From positions 1-55,198 of the forward strand of contig JAZROV010000012.1 of NCBI GenBank assembly GCA_045648885.1: a stretch of 55,198 bases of DNA, written 5' to 3'. This document shows positions 54,113-55,198 of the stretch, in pieces (position 1 is the stretch's first letter; every line of letters begins with the position of its first letter). The translations under genes and the position numbers were made by a program. The notes under the pieces were generated by a model. That model saw nothing but the letters and a program-made list of their open reading frames with translations. It made no database searches and was not told where the DNA came from. This DNA is from Candidatus Enterousia sp. GTDB lineage: Bacteria; Pseudomonadota; Alphaproteobacteria; Rs-D84.

Positions 54113-54355
54113 TTACATAGTATGTTCAGTTGACGGGATAAATTTCGTAAAATCTTGCAGGGAAGCACCTGTTGACGCCAGTATTTTTGAAATACTGTTT
54201 GTCGACGGCCACCGTGGTTGTCCTTCTTTGGACCAGCGCTTACTTTTGTTGAACGTAGTTGGGTCCAGACCGCTGCATTTTGCCAGCCCAGAACAAGACA
54301 TATGATGTTCCATTGCAAATTTTTCTATTGCACCCCATACATCTTCATGTGTCAT
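54113..54355 (-). CDS. HTH repressor-like protein (N-terminal domain of the alphaproteobacterial HTH-S24 repressor family, S24 domain missing)
   Basis: VWGAIEKFAMEHHMSCSGLAKCSGLDPTTFNKSKRWSKEGQPRWPSTNSISKILASTGASLQDF matches the conserved N-terminus of ~230-aa HTH-plus-S24 proteins (from memory). Here the ORF stops after 80 aa. Confidence 0.55.
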   Translation of the reverse strand: MTHEDVWGAIEKFAMEHHMSCSGLAKCSGLDPTTFNKSKRWSKEGQPRWPSTNSISKILASTGASLQDFTKFIPSTEHTM

Positions 54356-54501
54356 AGTATTTTTCTCCTATGTTATGTTTCCCAATTCAACATTCTTATT
54401 ATAGTTGTTATACAGAATAAATTCAATCTTGAATGTTTAGTTTGTATTCCTATGCACAGGAAAAAAAATAAGTCGCCTAAAAAAATTTTTTGACAATATA
54501 C

Positions 54502-54530
54502 TTGACAAACGCTTTTTTGTGTATTATATT
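54502..54530 (+). promoter_or_regulatory. Near-consensus sigma-70 promoter
   Basis: TTGACA (54502-07), 17-nt spacer, TATATT (54525-30). A second TTGACA lies at 54490-95. Confidence 0.55.
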
Positions 54531-54536
54531 TCGATT

Positions 54537-54727
54537 CGTCAAAGGGGTTAAACCCAATGACCGGACGCCCAGCGTCCGTCGGGCCCAGAGTTTTCAGACT
54601 CCCTCCTACATTCTCTCTCCTCTGGACTTTGGACCCGAACAATTAAGTTTAGGATGCCCATTTCTTTTTCTCCTTTCCTTCCTTTCAGGGCATCCGAAAA
54701 AATACCGGCATCCGCCGGTGTTTTTTT
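54537..54727 (+). ncRNA. Candidate ~190-nt sRNA with C/U-rich (anti-Shine-Dalgarno-like) loops
   Basis: It lies between the promoter above and the terminator ACCGGC-atcc-GCCGGT followed by T7 (54704-54727). Hairpins: GGACGC-cca-GCGTCC, and GGATGCCC-(28-nt loop ATTTCTTTTTCTCCTTTCCTTCCTTTCA)-GGGCATCC. An unpaired CTCCCTCC / CTCTCCTCT stretch is also present. Confidence 0.5.
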
Positions 54728-54734
54728 ATTTGCA

Positions 54735-55198
54735 ACGCCCGTCATTCTCCCCCACGGGGGGGATGCCCCACCCCTGCGGAGGGGCCGACGAGATAGAGCG
54801 TCAGCGCAAATCGAGTCGGGGGCGGGTCAGACAAAAATTTCAGACAGATAAATAATCAAGAAAAATATATTTTTACCCGCCCCCGCATCGAACCAATGGT
54901 TCTCTGCGACCCCGCCGCAAGGGCGGGGTTTATTTATTCCGCGACAAGTGCAAAGATTCTCCCCCACGGGGGGAGTGCGGCGCCAGCCGGAGGGGGGTCC
55001 CCCCCACCCCCGCAAGCGGTCCCCCGCCCCCATGGGGCGGAATTCGGGGCTGGGGGCAATGCCCGTTATTCTCCCCCACGTGGGGGAGTACGTTCGAAGA
55101 ACGGGAGGGGGGTAACGAAACCACCACCGCCACGCGGTGGGGGAAAAGGAGTAGATGGGGATAATATCCCAACCTACGAGAAAACCCAGAACCGAGAA
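54735..55198. repeat. GC-rich repeat island D (inverted copy of island A plus part of island C)
   Basis: 54937-55198 is the reverse complement of 486-743, differing in one ~25-nt block. About 54763-54958 is the reverse complement of 29399-29615. The window ends ~5 nt before where the stop codon of an inverted paralog gene would lie. Confidence 0.85.

Overview
This is an AT-rich, tightly packed bacterial chromosome window. Marker genes (MucR/Ros, RpoH, an RHH_4 protein, yajC-secD-secF, frr-uppS-cdsA-rseP-bamA, tRNA-His with encoded G-1) point to an alphaproteobacterium with a streamlined, possibly host-associated genome (inference).

The left two thirds hold housekeeping genes: secDF, ftsK, rarA, ybeY fused to lnt, trmB, gltX, der, rpoH, a short bamB-like gene and frr..bamA. 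They also hold several predicted outer-membrane beta-barrels and a Cys-rich secreted repeat protein (27881..29101) with a paralog fragment at the left edge. Four islands of strikingly GC-rich, hairpin-dense repeats (485-800, 27717-27831, 29102-29640, 54735-55198) flank these paralogs. The first and last islands are inverted copies, so the whole window is bracketed by an inverted repeat.

The right part (40080..52834) is a compact minus-strand podovirus-type (T7/BPP-1-like) head-tail-lysis cluster between yraN and birA. It encodes portal, large terminase, a T7-type fibre N-domain, adaptor/nozzle-like proteins, capsid, scaffold, a holin-like protein and a cell-wall hydrolase. It has no integrase, replication module or recognisable small terminase.

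Its large terminase is cleanly split into separate ATPase and nuclease ORFs by a 3.3 kb plus-strand block carrying dnaB, a double-HTH/S24-like regulator and an unknown gene. A separately promoted and terminated histone-H1-like Lys/Ala-repeat protein lies between scaffold and capsid. I regard this as a candidate domesticated (GTA-like) phage-derived element and the most interesting part of the window.

Further leads:
- two promoter-to-terminator candidate sRNAs
- a VirB7/VirB8-like operon where lpx genes normally follow bamA
- a possible HNH-like/SUKH pair
- an S41 peptidase homolog that appears to lack its catalytic dyad
- a YbeY-Lnt fusion

All functional calls come from reading motifs by eye; no database search or folding was possible, and hand-derived coordinates may be off by 1-2 nt.
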